NCBI GenBank assembly: GCA_022843095.1
Contig: JALHOH010000002.1
Span: forward strand, 466,881 to 498,880
DNA: 32,000 nt
DNA from: Candidatus Saccharimonadota bacterium
GTDB taxonomy: Bacteria > Patescibacteriota > Patescibacteriia > 2-12-FULL-60-25
Reading direction: 5' to 3'
Shown here piece after piece: positions 17,964 through 25,703 of this stretch. Numbering within the stretch: position 1 is the stretch's first letter; every line of letters begins with the position of its first letter. The notes below the pieces were generated by a model. It did not search any database and had not been told where the DNA came from. It was given only the letters and a program-made list of their open reading frames with translations. The translations under genes and the position numbers were made by a program.

Positions 17964-18812
17964 TTAACGAGACTTTGGAAGCACGACAATCATGAGTTTT
18001 TTTCCGCTGGTGACATTCCCGGCCACATAATCATGCGCAGCATCCGCGAGCGTCGCTTTTGTGTAGATGTAATCCGCCCCTTTGCGCGTCCCTGGATCGT
18101 GCGTAATCCAACGACCGTCTTTGAGATACCCCTTAATCACGAGCATGTGATAAGGTGGCCCACCATTCCGAAAGTTTGGGTTTTTAAGCTCACGACCGGA
18201 CGCCGGCAGAATAACGGGATACCCAAGTGCAAGCGATTGCTTGATCACGGATTCATCATACGGTCGTACTTCCACGCGATCATAGCCAAGATAGTCCTTT
18301 ACGAACTGTGCCACTTCAGCCGCGGTTGTATCTTCGTAGTACCCAAAGACTTTTTTCTGATAGGCAACGAGATTATCGATCATCGTCTTCCCCTTATTCA
18401 CGTCGTACTTGCCACGCATCCCTTGATAATACCCATCCACCATCGAAACGGACGCCTCTTCGCACGCTTCCTGGTACGGGTAATTCCAATCCTGAAGAGG
18501 AGCTTGGCTCAAAAATGGCACGTCCAAGTTGATCTCATCCGGCAATTTGCCTTCAAACGCGAGCGGATCCGCCGGACGCACATCCACCTTGGATTCGGTG
18601 ATGCGATACGTTTGAGATGCCATCGGCGTATCGATGATCACCTCTGGTTCCGAAGGACGACGCTGACCCGCCGCATCCGGAAACGCACGCGCCGACGGAA
18701 TTGAGGGACGATTCCTGATCTCCCACCAATCGCGAAGTGGCGCACGGTACGCATACGCCCCGCCGCCCAAGACGAGCACGATCAATACAACAATGGTCGC
18801 AAAACGTTTCAT
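17964..18812 (-). CDS. Peptidase C39-like domain protein (membrane-anchored)
   Basis: N-terminal TM anchor. DVPFLSQAPLQDWNYPYQEACEEASVSMV has the C39_2-type catalytic-Cys context. Confidence 0.65.
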   Translation of the reverse strand: MKRFATIVVLIVLVLGGGAYAYRAPLRDWWEIRNRPSIPSARAFPDAAGQRRPSEPEVIIDTPMASQTYRITESKVDVRPADPLAFEGKLPDEINLDVPFLSQAPLQDWNYPYQEACEEASVSMVDGYYQGMRGKYDVNKGKTMIDNLVAYQKKVFGYYEDTTAAEVAQFVKDYLGYDRVEVRPYDESVIKQSLALGYPVILPASGRELKNPNFRNGGPPYHMLVIKGYLKDGRWITHDPGTRKGADYIYTKATLADAAHDYVAGNVTSGKKLMIVVLPKSR

Positions 18813-18856
18813 AAAAACAGTATACTAAACATCGAAGCGTTGGGCACGCCACGCAC

Positions 18857-18881
18857 CAAAAAACGCGGGAGCTCCGCGTTT
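18857..18881 (-). terminator. Rho-independent terminator after the cyclophilin gene
   Basis: Hairpin AACGCGGGAGCTCCGCGTT (about 18862-18880). The plus-strand A-run at 18858-18863 becomes a TTTTTT tract in the minus sense. It sits 7 nt below the stop at 18888. Confidence 0.7.
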
Positions 18882-18887
18882 TCTTGG

Positions 18888-19607
18888 TTATTCTTCAATC
18901 GTGACTTCCAACATCTTCACCTCACTCACTGGACGGTCGCCAGGCATGGTTTCCACCTTTGCAATCGCATCCGCAATCGCCTGTCCTTCGACCACCTTCC
19001 CAAAGACGGAGTAGTCCGGAGGCAGTGGATAGTCCGCCACCATGATGAAGAACTGCGAACCATTGGTATCACGGCCGGCGTTCGCCATGGCGATCCACCC
19101 TTTTTCATAGGACGGCATCTGGCGCCCAATTTGCGGGATCATCTTGTTCACGAGCGCCACCTTGTCGTTCGCAAACTGGTACCCCGGACCCCCTGCACCG
19201 GTCCCCGTCGGATCTCCCCCCTGAATCATGAATCCGTCGATAACGCGATGGAAAATCGTTCCGTTATAAAACCCCTGTTTCACCAGATACACGAAGTTCG
19301 AGGCGGCATTTGGCCCCATGTCGCGGCTCACCTGAACCACGATATCCCCCTTATTCGTCTTGATGCGGACTTTTTTGTTCACCTGTTCTGCGGGCAATAC
19401 TCCAGGAAACGCAAGATTGTTCATAGTAGATGAGGGCGTTACCGAGTCTCCATTTGGCTTGGTCGGCGTAGTCACAGCGTTCTCGGATTCCGAAACCGGC
19501 GGGACCGTACGCGACTGCTGCGCGGATTCGGATGCATTTCCGCACCCGGCCCCAAGCAACACCAAGGCAACGCAAGGAATAAGGACAAAGAAACGTGAAG
19601 CGAACAT
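18888..19607 (-). CDS. ppiB: Cyclophilin-type peptidyl-prolyl cis-trans isomerase, probable lipoprotein
   Basis: FHRVIDGFMIQGGDPTGTGAGGPGYQFANDK and MANAGRDTNGSQFFIM are cyclophilin motifs. The N-terminal LVLLGAGCG is a lipobox. Confidence 0.9.
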   Translation of the reverse strand: MFASRFFVLIPCVALVLLGAGCGNASESAQQSRTVPPVSESENAVTTPTKPNGDSVTPSSTMNNLAFPGVLPAEQVNKKVRIKTNKGDIVVQVSRDMGPNAASNFVYLVKQGFYNGTIFHRVIDGFMIQGGDPTGTGAGGPGYQFANDKVALVNKMIPQIGRQMPSYEKGWIAMANAGRDTNGSQFFIMVADYPLPPDYSVFGKVVEGQAIADAIAKVETMPGDRPVSEVKMLEVTIEE

Positions 19608-19614
19608 AGTTGGG

Positions 19615-20622
19615 TCATCCTAACAGATCCAGACCCTCCCAGGGAAGCGTGACCTGATCATCAAACGGTGCGCGCAACATCCCCTGCAATGCATCCGGAT
19701 TTTTGATCCCCTCCGGCAGCCGCGCCAGATCAAACCGATCGATCGCGAACCGGTCGCCCAAATCTTCTCCCCGCTCATTTTTGGCACGCACCCCGACGGG
19801 TCGCGTTTCAAGCGGAAGCCAGGAAAGATGGACCATCGCGGCTTTGGCTAACCCATGACGCACAAGGGAGGTCGCAGCGGCACGCGCAAGCCAAATGCCC
19901 GCGACCGAAGGGTGTGCAATGTGCGATCCCGGGAAGAATGCCTGAATGGGCAACATCGCGCCAAAGCCATCCACCGACAGAGCCGACGACGAACGACCTA
20001 CCCGCGATTGCAACCCGGAAAGCGCTTCCACTCCCGCCGCGTTCACACGAAGATCCATCCCTTGCGCCACCTGTCGCACCCCCTCAAACACCGCTTCACG
20101 CACGGCATTTACCCCGATTCCCTCGACATGCTGTACGCGAATGTGGCACACCGTTTGTCCTCCGCGACGTTCCATCGTGACATCGTAGTCCGGACCCATC
20201 CAATACCATTCCGCATCGCCGATCCGTTTACGCTCAAGTGCCTGCGCAATGCGACGAGCTTGTGCAACCGGGAGTGGCAAGCGCTCTTCTGTTTCGGCGG
20301 TCGCATATCCAAACGCGACCATGGGATCACGGGCACCCGCCACCGGAAACAACGACGGTGCCACCGATTCCATCATGACAAACGGTTCTGTTTCCGCAGC
20401 AACGCCTGACGTACCAAGCGCAGCTTTTGCGACAGACGCCACATCAAAATCCGCCGTCGAGCACACGTCCCCGGTGACAAACAACGCGCCATGACCGCCC
20501 TGTACATGCACTGCAAGACGCGCCGTCGGATCACGGCGCACATATTCCTGAGCGACCGCGGCGGCCACAAGGTCACACGCGCGATCGGGATGTCCCGGCC
20601 CCAGCACCCGGGCAAGTACCAT
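19615..20622 (-). CDS. S-adenosylmethionine synthetase (MetK)-like protein, short and divergent
   Basis: GPGHPDRACDLVAAAV resembles MetK EGHPDKxCDQ, and MVAFGYATAETEERLPLPVAQARRIA resembles LMFGYAxxET...P. The C-terminal LARAAATSLVRHGLAKAAMVHLSW resembles AARYVAKNIVAAGLAxxCEVQ. At 335 aa it is shorter than the MetK size I recall, and the GAGDQG, DxGxTGRK and GGGAFSGKD motifs are not recognisable. Confidence 0.55.
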   Translation of the reverse strand: MVLARVLGPGHPDRACDLVAAAVAQEYVRRDPTARLAVHVQGGHGALFVTGDVCSTADFDVASVAKAALGTSGVAAETEPFVMMESVAPSLFPVAGARDPMVAFGYATAETEERLPLPVAQARRIAQALERKRIGDAEWYWMGPDYDVTMERRGGQTVCHIRVQHVEGIGVNAVREAVFEGVRQVAQGMDLRVNAAGVEALSGLQSRVGRSSSALSVDGFGAMLPIQAFFPGSHIAHPSVAGIWLARAAATSLVRHGLAKAAMVHLSWLPLETRPVGVRAKNERGEDLGDRFAIDRFDLARLPEGIKNPDALQGMLRAPFDDQVTLPWEGLDLLG

Positions 20623-20637
20623 AATGGTTCATGGCGA

Positions 20638-20666
20638 ACCTTACGAAGGGGGCAGAGGGGCGTCAA
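20638..20666 (-). promoter_or_regulatory. Candidate promoter TTGACG-N17-TAAGGT for the MetK-like gene
   Basis: TTGACG at 20666..20661 and TAAGGT at 20643..20638, 15 nt upstream of the ATG at 20622. This is the same hexamer pair and spacing as upstream of rplJ. Confidence 0.4.
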
Positions 20667-20840
20667 CGGATGCCCGGTTCACTCTGTATTCCAACGAACC
20701 TTCCAACCAAGAACGCCAACATTTTCCCCGTAACAGCCCACCCCCTTCTTCCGCGTCATCCCAACCAACGCGGTAAGGATCCCTCCACTCCGCCGCCGCT
20801 CCGGTCGGGATGAAGAAAAATAAGGTCATCGTGATGTGAT

Positions 20841-20874
20841 GAAAATGAAAAACAGACCCAAGCATGGGTCTGTT
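20841..20874 (-). terminator. Strong rho-independent terminator (minus sense) inside the large intergenic gap
   Basis: Perfect 10-bp stem AACAGACCCA / TGGGTCTGTT (20874..20851) with a 4-nt loop, followed in the minus sense by TTTCATTTTC. No CDS ends nearby; the helicase stop is 555 nt upstream. Confidence 0.8.
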
Positions 20875-21428
20875 ACGTTTTCCAGGAAGTGGGGTTGCAA
20901 GTCTCAACCCTCACCCTCATGAACTTCTTTCTTACCTACCGAAAACAACGGATCGCAACTATCCTGTCCCAATCCCCCCCCTCATGAACTCGTCTATCAC
21001 ACCCGCCACGATCACCTGCTTTCCGCCATGGAGTCCCAACCCTCACCCTCATAACCTTCTCTCTCACCAGACGAATTCCGCGAGATTCAGAGGATCGCTC
21101 CTCAGAAACTTGCGTTTTTGCTGGGAGCGACGAGGGAAGGAGAGGGATCTTTCGGCTTCGTCGTCGCTACGGGGCCTTGTGGGCCATTTTTGAGAGAGAA
21201 AGTACACGAGGTGTTCCTGGCTCAGCCAGGAGCGAATGCGGTATTCCTACCGCAATCGAGGATTTTCCCCCCGGATTGGAGCCAGATGTCTTCATCTTGC
21301 GATGAAACCATCACTCCCAGGAGGGGCAGCCAGGGACGAATCCCAGCAGATACTGGTGGCTGCAGATACGAGCTGTTTTTGAGGCATCTCGTTCTTGAAG
21401 AGATGTGTAGGGGAAAATGGGGAATGTG
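20875..21428 (-). ncRNA. Candidate structured non-coding RNA or long structured 3' UTR, unclassified
   Basis: No convincing ORF. There are at least 7 local hairpins, whose loops read GGAA, GCGA and UUCG only in the minus sense. The region holds three tandem degenerate repeats and ends at the intrinsic terminator at 20874..20841. Confidence 0.4.
20900..21068. repeat. Three direct degenerate repeats with a 65-67 bp period
   Basis: Plus-strand copy 20900-20936 is AGTCTCAACCCTCACCCTCATGAACTTCTTTCTTACC. Copy 21032-21068 is AGTCCCAACCCTCACCCTCATAACCTTCTCTCTCACC, identical at 32 of 37 positions. A more divergent middle copy lies around 20966-20989 (GTCCCAATCCCCCCCCTCATGAAC). Confidence 0.75.
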
Positions 21429-23663
21429 TCAAGGGTGATTCCCCAAGTCCTCGATGTTGCTCAAAAAACTCCCTGGTATTCGCTTTGTCGCCGATCCTGC
21501 ATCTGACTTCCACGCCGTTTTGGTTCCGGATCCGCGTCCTGGAAGTCCCGGTTTCCCTGAAATACCATAGTCGATCGTCGGTTCACTCCATCCGTCCCCG
21601 TCGCTGTCCCAGGACCAATCGTCTCGTTTCGCCGCTGTGGCACCACCAGATCGTCCCCGACCTCCCCACCCCGCCTCGCGGACTTCAATCCGCTCAAACA
21701 ACCGAGGCGACACCTCGTCGATAAACGTGGATGGCTGATTAAACAAAAGCGCGTCATACCCCATCGTCATCGGATAGGACAAAAACAACCGACGTCGCGC
21801 ACGCGTCACCGCAACATAAAACAACCGGCGCTCTTCCTCCATCCCCGACTCCCCTTCCCCCAAAGCGCGCTTGCTTGGAAAACTCCCTTCCGCGACGTGG
21901 ATCACAAACACCGTGTCCCATTCAAGCCCCTTCGCCTGGTGAATCGTCGAAAGCACCATCCGCTCACGATCCGCTGAAGTCGTCCCGCGATCCCGTCCGG
22001 CCACGATCTCGTCATACAAAGAGATATCCGCCAAAAACGGCTCAAGCTCGGTGTAGGTTTCTGCGAATAATGCGAGCTGTTCCAAATCCTCTAACCGATC
22101 GCGCCAATTTGGATACTCCCGCTCCAAATAATCCTGGTAGGTGGATCCAGCCACGGCGCGGATCATCTCCGACGGACTTCCCGCCTCGTCCATCGTTCGC
22201 GCCATGCGCACAAACTCCTCAAACCCGGTGCGCGCACGGCCTGGCACCGCGTAGTCCTGCAACAACACCTGCGTAAACACACGCGTTTCTCCCGCAGCAC
22301 TGACGCGCTCCAACTGACGCCGGATCTCCGCAACCAGAGTAGATGCCGTGGCCGCCCCAATCCCCTGCTGCAACCCGAGCACACGCAACCACGCCACCTC
22401 GTCACGTGGATTTTGGGCAATCCGCAAACACGACACCACATCTTTGATGTGCGCCCGCTCAAAAAACTTTTGCCCACCACGATACTCATACGGAATATCG
22501 CGTTTCATGAGTTCAAATTCCAACGCCTGTGAATGCGAACTCGAACGGAACAGCACGGCGATCGCGTGTAGCCCCACCCCTTGTTCGCGTAACTGCAAGA
22601 TCTGTTCGGCGACAAACTGCACCTCCTGTGACGCCGACGCGCAGGGCACATACTTTGGCTTTTCTCCGTGATCGCAAACGGCCTGCAATTCTTTCTTAAA
22701 TTGATGCGCGTTGTGCTGAAGCGATTCGTTCGCGAGTTCCAAAATCTCCGGCGTCGAACGGTAGTTGGTCAGCAATTTCAAAATCTTTGCGCCAGGCCAT
22801 TGTTTTGGAAACGCCAAGATATTTTGAACGTCCGCGCCTCGGAATGCATAAATACTTTGCGCATCATCTCCGACGACGAGGACGTTTTTGTGCGCAGCAG
22901 CAAATCCACGGACGATCCGCGCCTGAAGCGCGTTCGTGTCCTGATATTCATCCACCAACACAAACTGAAACCGATCCGCAATCGACCCACCAACCACCGG
23001 ATCATCCAATAAAATCACTAAATTCGTGAGAAGATCATCAAAATCCATCACGTTCCCCGCCTTTTTTCGTGCCTGATACTGCCGCGCAATTTCCCCGATC
23101 TCCTCTAAAAACGGTTCAAAATGTGGATACTTGAGCCGCACGACGTCGAGGAGTTCTGTTTGCGTATTCCGCGCAAACGAAACGATATCCTGGACAACCG
23201 ACGCCGAAGGAAACCGCCGTGCCTTTGGGTCGATCTGCATCTCTTTCATCACCGCCTTAAACAAATCGCCCGCGTCCTCCTGATCTAAAATAGAAAACCG
23301 CGACGTATGGCCGACGTGCTCGGCAAAGGCGCGCAAAATCCGATTCGCGACGGAATGGAACGTCCCACCCCAAATCCGTCCGGCATCTGTCCCAACCAAC
23401 TGCCCCACGCGCGACAACATCTCCTTCGCCGCCTTATTCGTGAACGTGAGCAACAAAATCGACGCAGGATCCACCCCGCGCTCCAGCAATGCCGCCACGC
23501 GATACGTGAGCGTCCGCGTCTTCCCCGATCCCGCCCCGGCAAGGACCAGGCATGCACCATCGCCGTTTACGACAACGTCCAGCTGTTCCTGGTTTAATTC
23601 CCGCGCGTAGTCAATACGACGGGTAGGCGCGTAGGGCGTTCCTTGCAACACGAATTCAGACAT
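21429..23663 (-). CDS. UvrD/PcrA-family ATP-dependent DNA helicase
   Basis: VLAGAGSGKTRTLTYR (Walker A / motif I), FVLVDEYQDTN (motif II), VVGDDAQSIYAFRGA, TNYRSTPEI, TIHQAKGLEWDTVF and YVAVTRARRRL are the canonical SF1 motifs. Start set at MSEFVLQG (23663). Confidence 0.92.
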   Translation of the reverse strand: MSEFVLQGTPYAPTRRIDYARELNQEQLDVVVNGDGACLVLAGAGSGKTRTLTYRVAALLERGVDPASILLLTFTNKAAKEMLSRVGQLVGTDAGRIWGGTFHSVANRILRAFAEHVGHTSRFSILDQEDAGDLFKAVMKEMQIDPKARRFPSASVVQDIVSFARNTQTELLDVVRLKYPHFEPFLEEIGEIARQYQARKKAGNVMDFDDLLTNLVILLDDPVVGGSIADRFQFVLVDEYQDTNALQARIVRGFAAAHKNVLVVGDDAQSIYAFRGADVQNILAFPKQWPGAKILKLLTNYRSTPEILELANESLQHNAHQFKKELQAVCDHGEKPKYVPCASASQEVQFVAEQILQLREQGVGLHAIAVLFRSSSHSQALEFELMKRDIPYEYRGGQKFFERAHIKDVVSCLRIAQNPRDEVAWLRVLGLQQGIGAATASTLVAEIRRQLERVSAAGETRVFTQVLLQDYAVPGRARTGFEEFVRMARTMDEAGSPSEMIRAVAGSTYQDYLEREYPNWRDRLEDLEQLALFAETYTELEPFLADISLYDEIVAGRDRGTTSADRERMVLSTIHQAKGLEWDTVFVIHVAEGSFPSKRALGEGESGMEEERRLFYVAVTRARRRLFLSYPMTMGYDALLFNQPSTFIDEVSPRLFERIEVREAGWGGRGRSGGATAAKRDDWSWDSDGDGWSEPTIDYGISGKPGLPGRGSGTKTAWKSDAGSATKRIPGSFLSNIEDLGNHP

Positions 23664-23695
23664 GCGGCTAGGGTACCTTGCGCAACACAAATGGA

Positions 23696-23736
23696 AAAGA
23701 AAAAACCGACCCGGGGAGGATGCTCCCTAGGTCGGT
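23696..23736 (-). terminator. Rho-independent terminator after the orphan gene
   Basis: In the minus sense: ACCGACC-TA-GGGAG-CATC-CTCCC-CG-GGTCGGT, followed by TTTTTTCTTTTCC. It starts 13 nt after the stop at 23749. Confidence 0.8.
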
Positions 23737-23748
23737 CGTGTGCGATGG

Positions 23749-24522
23749 CTAGCGCGCTATCGCACAGAGTCTGACAAGGCGGGTCTCGGTCGAAACCGGA
23801 AACCTGCCGGCGTACCGCTCGTCGGACAGCAGCGTGAACTGCGTCCAGAACAGAAGTAGTTCGATCTCGTCCGTCAGGATGCCCTCCTGACTTGCCCAGG
23901 AAACAGGCTCGAGCAACCGCGTCCGCTGATTCAGAAGACGCACGATCTCCTGCGCATCTGAAGGATGAATCGCCCCAGAACGGAACGGGTTCCGGCGCAG
24001 ATCTGCGGCAGAGGCGAACCGTCCAAGCGCCCCATCATCCGCCGTTGTCGCGAGCAGTTCCGCAAGCTGATTCGCCGTCGCGCGGATCTGTTCTTCCACC
24101 CGCGACTGGCGGTAGACACGGCGTGGGAGAAGATACGGTCGCACCTCCTCCATGGCCGCCTGCCCCAACCGCCACATCCGCCCGCTCTCCTGAAAGATGG
24201 TATAGGGCCCAACTCCGTCTGGGCCGTACCGATAGAACCCCGCACGCGCCTGCACCAGTGCCGCGCGATGCTCGAGCTCCATCCCCGCGTCCGTCTCCTC
24301 GACGAACAGAAGTCGGATCAGATGATCCGTTGGCGAGGCGATGGCTCGTTGCTGCGTCGCCCAGTCCATCGCGCGAAACTGCGCGATCGCCAGGACCTGG
24401 ATCAGGGTGATGAGGAGTCGTGCACGAAAGTGCTTCCGCTCCTCGTACGTCGACGATGGATCGCCGAGGCCGTCGATTCGATAGATTCCGCTTTCATGGG
24501 TGGAGCCATGCATGTGGCCCAT
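23749..24522 (-). CDS. Hypothetical cytoplasmic protein, no family recognised (GC-rich orphan)
   Basis: ORF 23749..24612. The likely start is MGHMHGSTHES (24522) or the Met at 24513, because the predicted promoter at 24612..24584 lies inside the longer ORF. There is no TM segment or signal peptide. It has its own promoter and terminator. Confidence 0.6.
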   Translation of the reverse strand: MGHMHGSTHESGIYRIDGLGDPSSTYEERKHFRARLLITLIQVLAIAQFRAMDWATQQRAIASPTDHLIRLLFVEETDAGMELEHRAALVQARAGFYRYGPDGVGPYTIFQESGRMWRLGQAAMEEVRPYLLPRRVYRQSRVEEQIRATANQLAELLATTADDGALGRFASAADLRRNPFRSGAIHPSDAQEIVRLLNQRTRLLEPVSWASQEGILTDEIELLLFWTQFTLLSDERYAGRFPVSTETRLVRLCAIAR

Positions 24523-24583
24523 CCTTTCTGTTTTTGTGTATCCGCAAAAAACTTCCCCATCTCCTCCGAAATGGGAACAAGGG

Positions 24584-24612
24584 AGTAGACCAGAAAATTG
24601 CCATTTTGTCAA
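24584..24612 (-). promoter_or_regulatory. Candidate promoter TTGACA-N17-TCTACT for the orphan gene
   Basis: Consensus -35 TTGACA at 24612..24607, an exact 17-nt spacer, and TCTACT at 24589..24584. Confidence 0.45.
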
Positions 24613-24678
24613 TCCCCCGACCCGGACAGAGAATCAGGCTTCTCCACCAAAAAGTGGCAGATGTTATGACAAACTCAC

Positions 24679-25701
24679 CTAATACCCCGCTTTGCGACGA
24701 TTCTCGACATGCCCCTCCAGGGTGGAGGCGTAGTACACCTTCCCCGCTTCATCCGTCAGAAAATAACGATCCTGCCCCAAGATCGGATTCAAGACTGCAT
24801 CTATCGCGGTCGCTCCGGGATTTCCGATGGGTCCTGGCGGCAACCCCTTGAATTTATAGGAGTTGTAAGGAGAGTCTAGCTTCAGGTCGTTCGCATTTGC
24901 CCGTGCGCGCTTGCTGCCCGTCAAATAGGACAACGTCGCATCACTTTGCAACGGCATCCCTTCTTTTAATCGGCGCAAAAACACCCCCGCAACACGCCGA
25001 CGATCTTCTGCCCCCGGCACCTCTTTTTCCACAATCGAGGCCAGGGTCACGACCTCAAACAACGAGGTAAGTGGCGCAGATTGCGGCCCTACCGCGGCAG
25101 AACCGTATCGTTTTTCGAATTCTGCAAGCTGTTTTTGGATCAGCCCGTCCGGCAACGTGTCTTCATACACGCGATAGGTATTGGGGAACAAATACCCCTC
25201 CAACGACCGACCGGGCGGAATCGACGCCAAAAATCCGTAGTTCAAGCGAAGGGATGGATCAAACGCGGACTCATTTCTTCGCGCCCCAGCAACCTCCCGA
25301 AACGCCTCCGCGCCGATTAGAAAATCTCGCACCAAGAGCGATTCGACTTCAGAGAGCGTCCATCCTTCGATGATGCGCACTTCGACCTCGTTTCGTTCCG
25401 GTCCTCGAGCAAAGCGAGCGGCAAGCGCCTGTAGACTCGATCCCGGCACCACCTCATACACCCCCGCGCGAGGTTTTTTGGCGCGGGCATCTAGAAGCGC
25501 ATAGGCCCGATACCACCACGCGCCGCGAATCACCCCTTGCGCGGCAAGACGTTCAGAAACCAAGTCCGCCGTTGCCTGCTCCGGAATTTCCATTTTGATA
25601 CGCGCCCCGGCTTTTGGGGTTCCGATGTACGCCTCACGCACAAACAGGCCGCCTCCAACAAGCAGCGCAACGAACGTGCACAAAAAAAGAAGTTTCTTCA
25701 T
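24679..25701 (-). CDS. mltG: Endolytic murein transglycosylase MltG (YceG-like)
   Basis: N-terminal TM anchor. LASIVEKEV and YNSYKFKGLPPGPIGNPG are the YceG/MltG signature. Confidence 0.9.
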   Translation of the reverse strand: MKKLLFLCTFVALLVGGGLFVREAYIGTPKAGARIKMEIPEQATADLVSERLAAQGVIRGAWWYRAYALLDARAKKPRAGVYEVVPGSSLQALAARFARGPERNEVEVRIIEGWTLSEVESLLVRDFLIGAEAFREVAGARRNESAFDPSLRLNYGFLASIPPGRSLEGYLFPNTYRVYEDTLPDGLIQKQLAEFEKRYGSAAVGPQSAPLTSLFEVVTLASIVEKEVPGAEDRRRVAGVFLRRLKEGMPLQSDATLSYLTGSKRARANANDLKLDSPYNSYKFKGLPPGPIGNPGATAIDAVLNPILGQDRYFLTDEAGKVYYASTLEGHVENRRKAGY

Positions 25702-25703
25702 GA

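Noticed and set aside
20900-21068. The three repeats read as a CRISPR array
   Set aside because: There are only three copies. They are degenerate rather than identical, with 32 of 37 matches at best and a much poorer middle copy. No cas genes or leader are in the window, and the repeats lack a typical palindromic core.
20623-21068. Repeats, terminator and downstream gene read as a type III (ToxIN-like) toxin-antitoxin locus
   Set aside because: The downstream gene is a 335-aa MetK-fold protein, not a ToxN/AbiQ-like endoribonuclease of roughly 170 aa. It has its own promoter 229 nt beyond the terminator. Antitoxin repeats in known systems are near-identical and contiguous.
20875-21075. Small ORFs starting at the repeat cores (MRVRVGT..., MRGGIGTG, MRVRVETCNPTSWKT)
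   Set aside because: They are very short and differ in frame and length. None has a usable ribosome-binding site or leaderless -10. The conserved part is at the nucleotide level rather than the peptide level.
20623-21428. The gap read as RNase P RNA, tmRNA, SRP RNA or a SAM riboswitch for the MetK-like gene
   Set aside because: By eye I found no GAGGAAAGUCC or ACAGAAxCCGGCUUA (RNase P), and no tRNA-like acceptor/T-arm with a 3' CCA (tmRNA). I also found no GGAA-tetraloop/AGCA SRP domain IV and no S-box core. An AUGGCGGAAA decamer resembles part of the SMK box as I recall it, but it lies more than 400 nt from the start codon. A covariance-model search is still needed.
24540-24570. GGAGGA followed by an out-of-frame ATG upstream of the orphan gene, as an alternative small ORF
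   Set aside because: The spacing between the Shine-Dalgarno and the ATG is only 1 nt. The roughly 55-aa product is low complexity and overlaps the better-supported frame.
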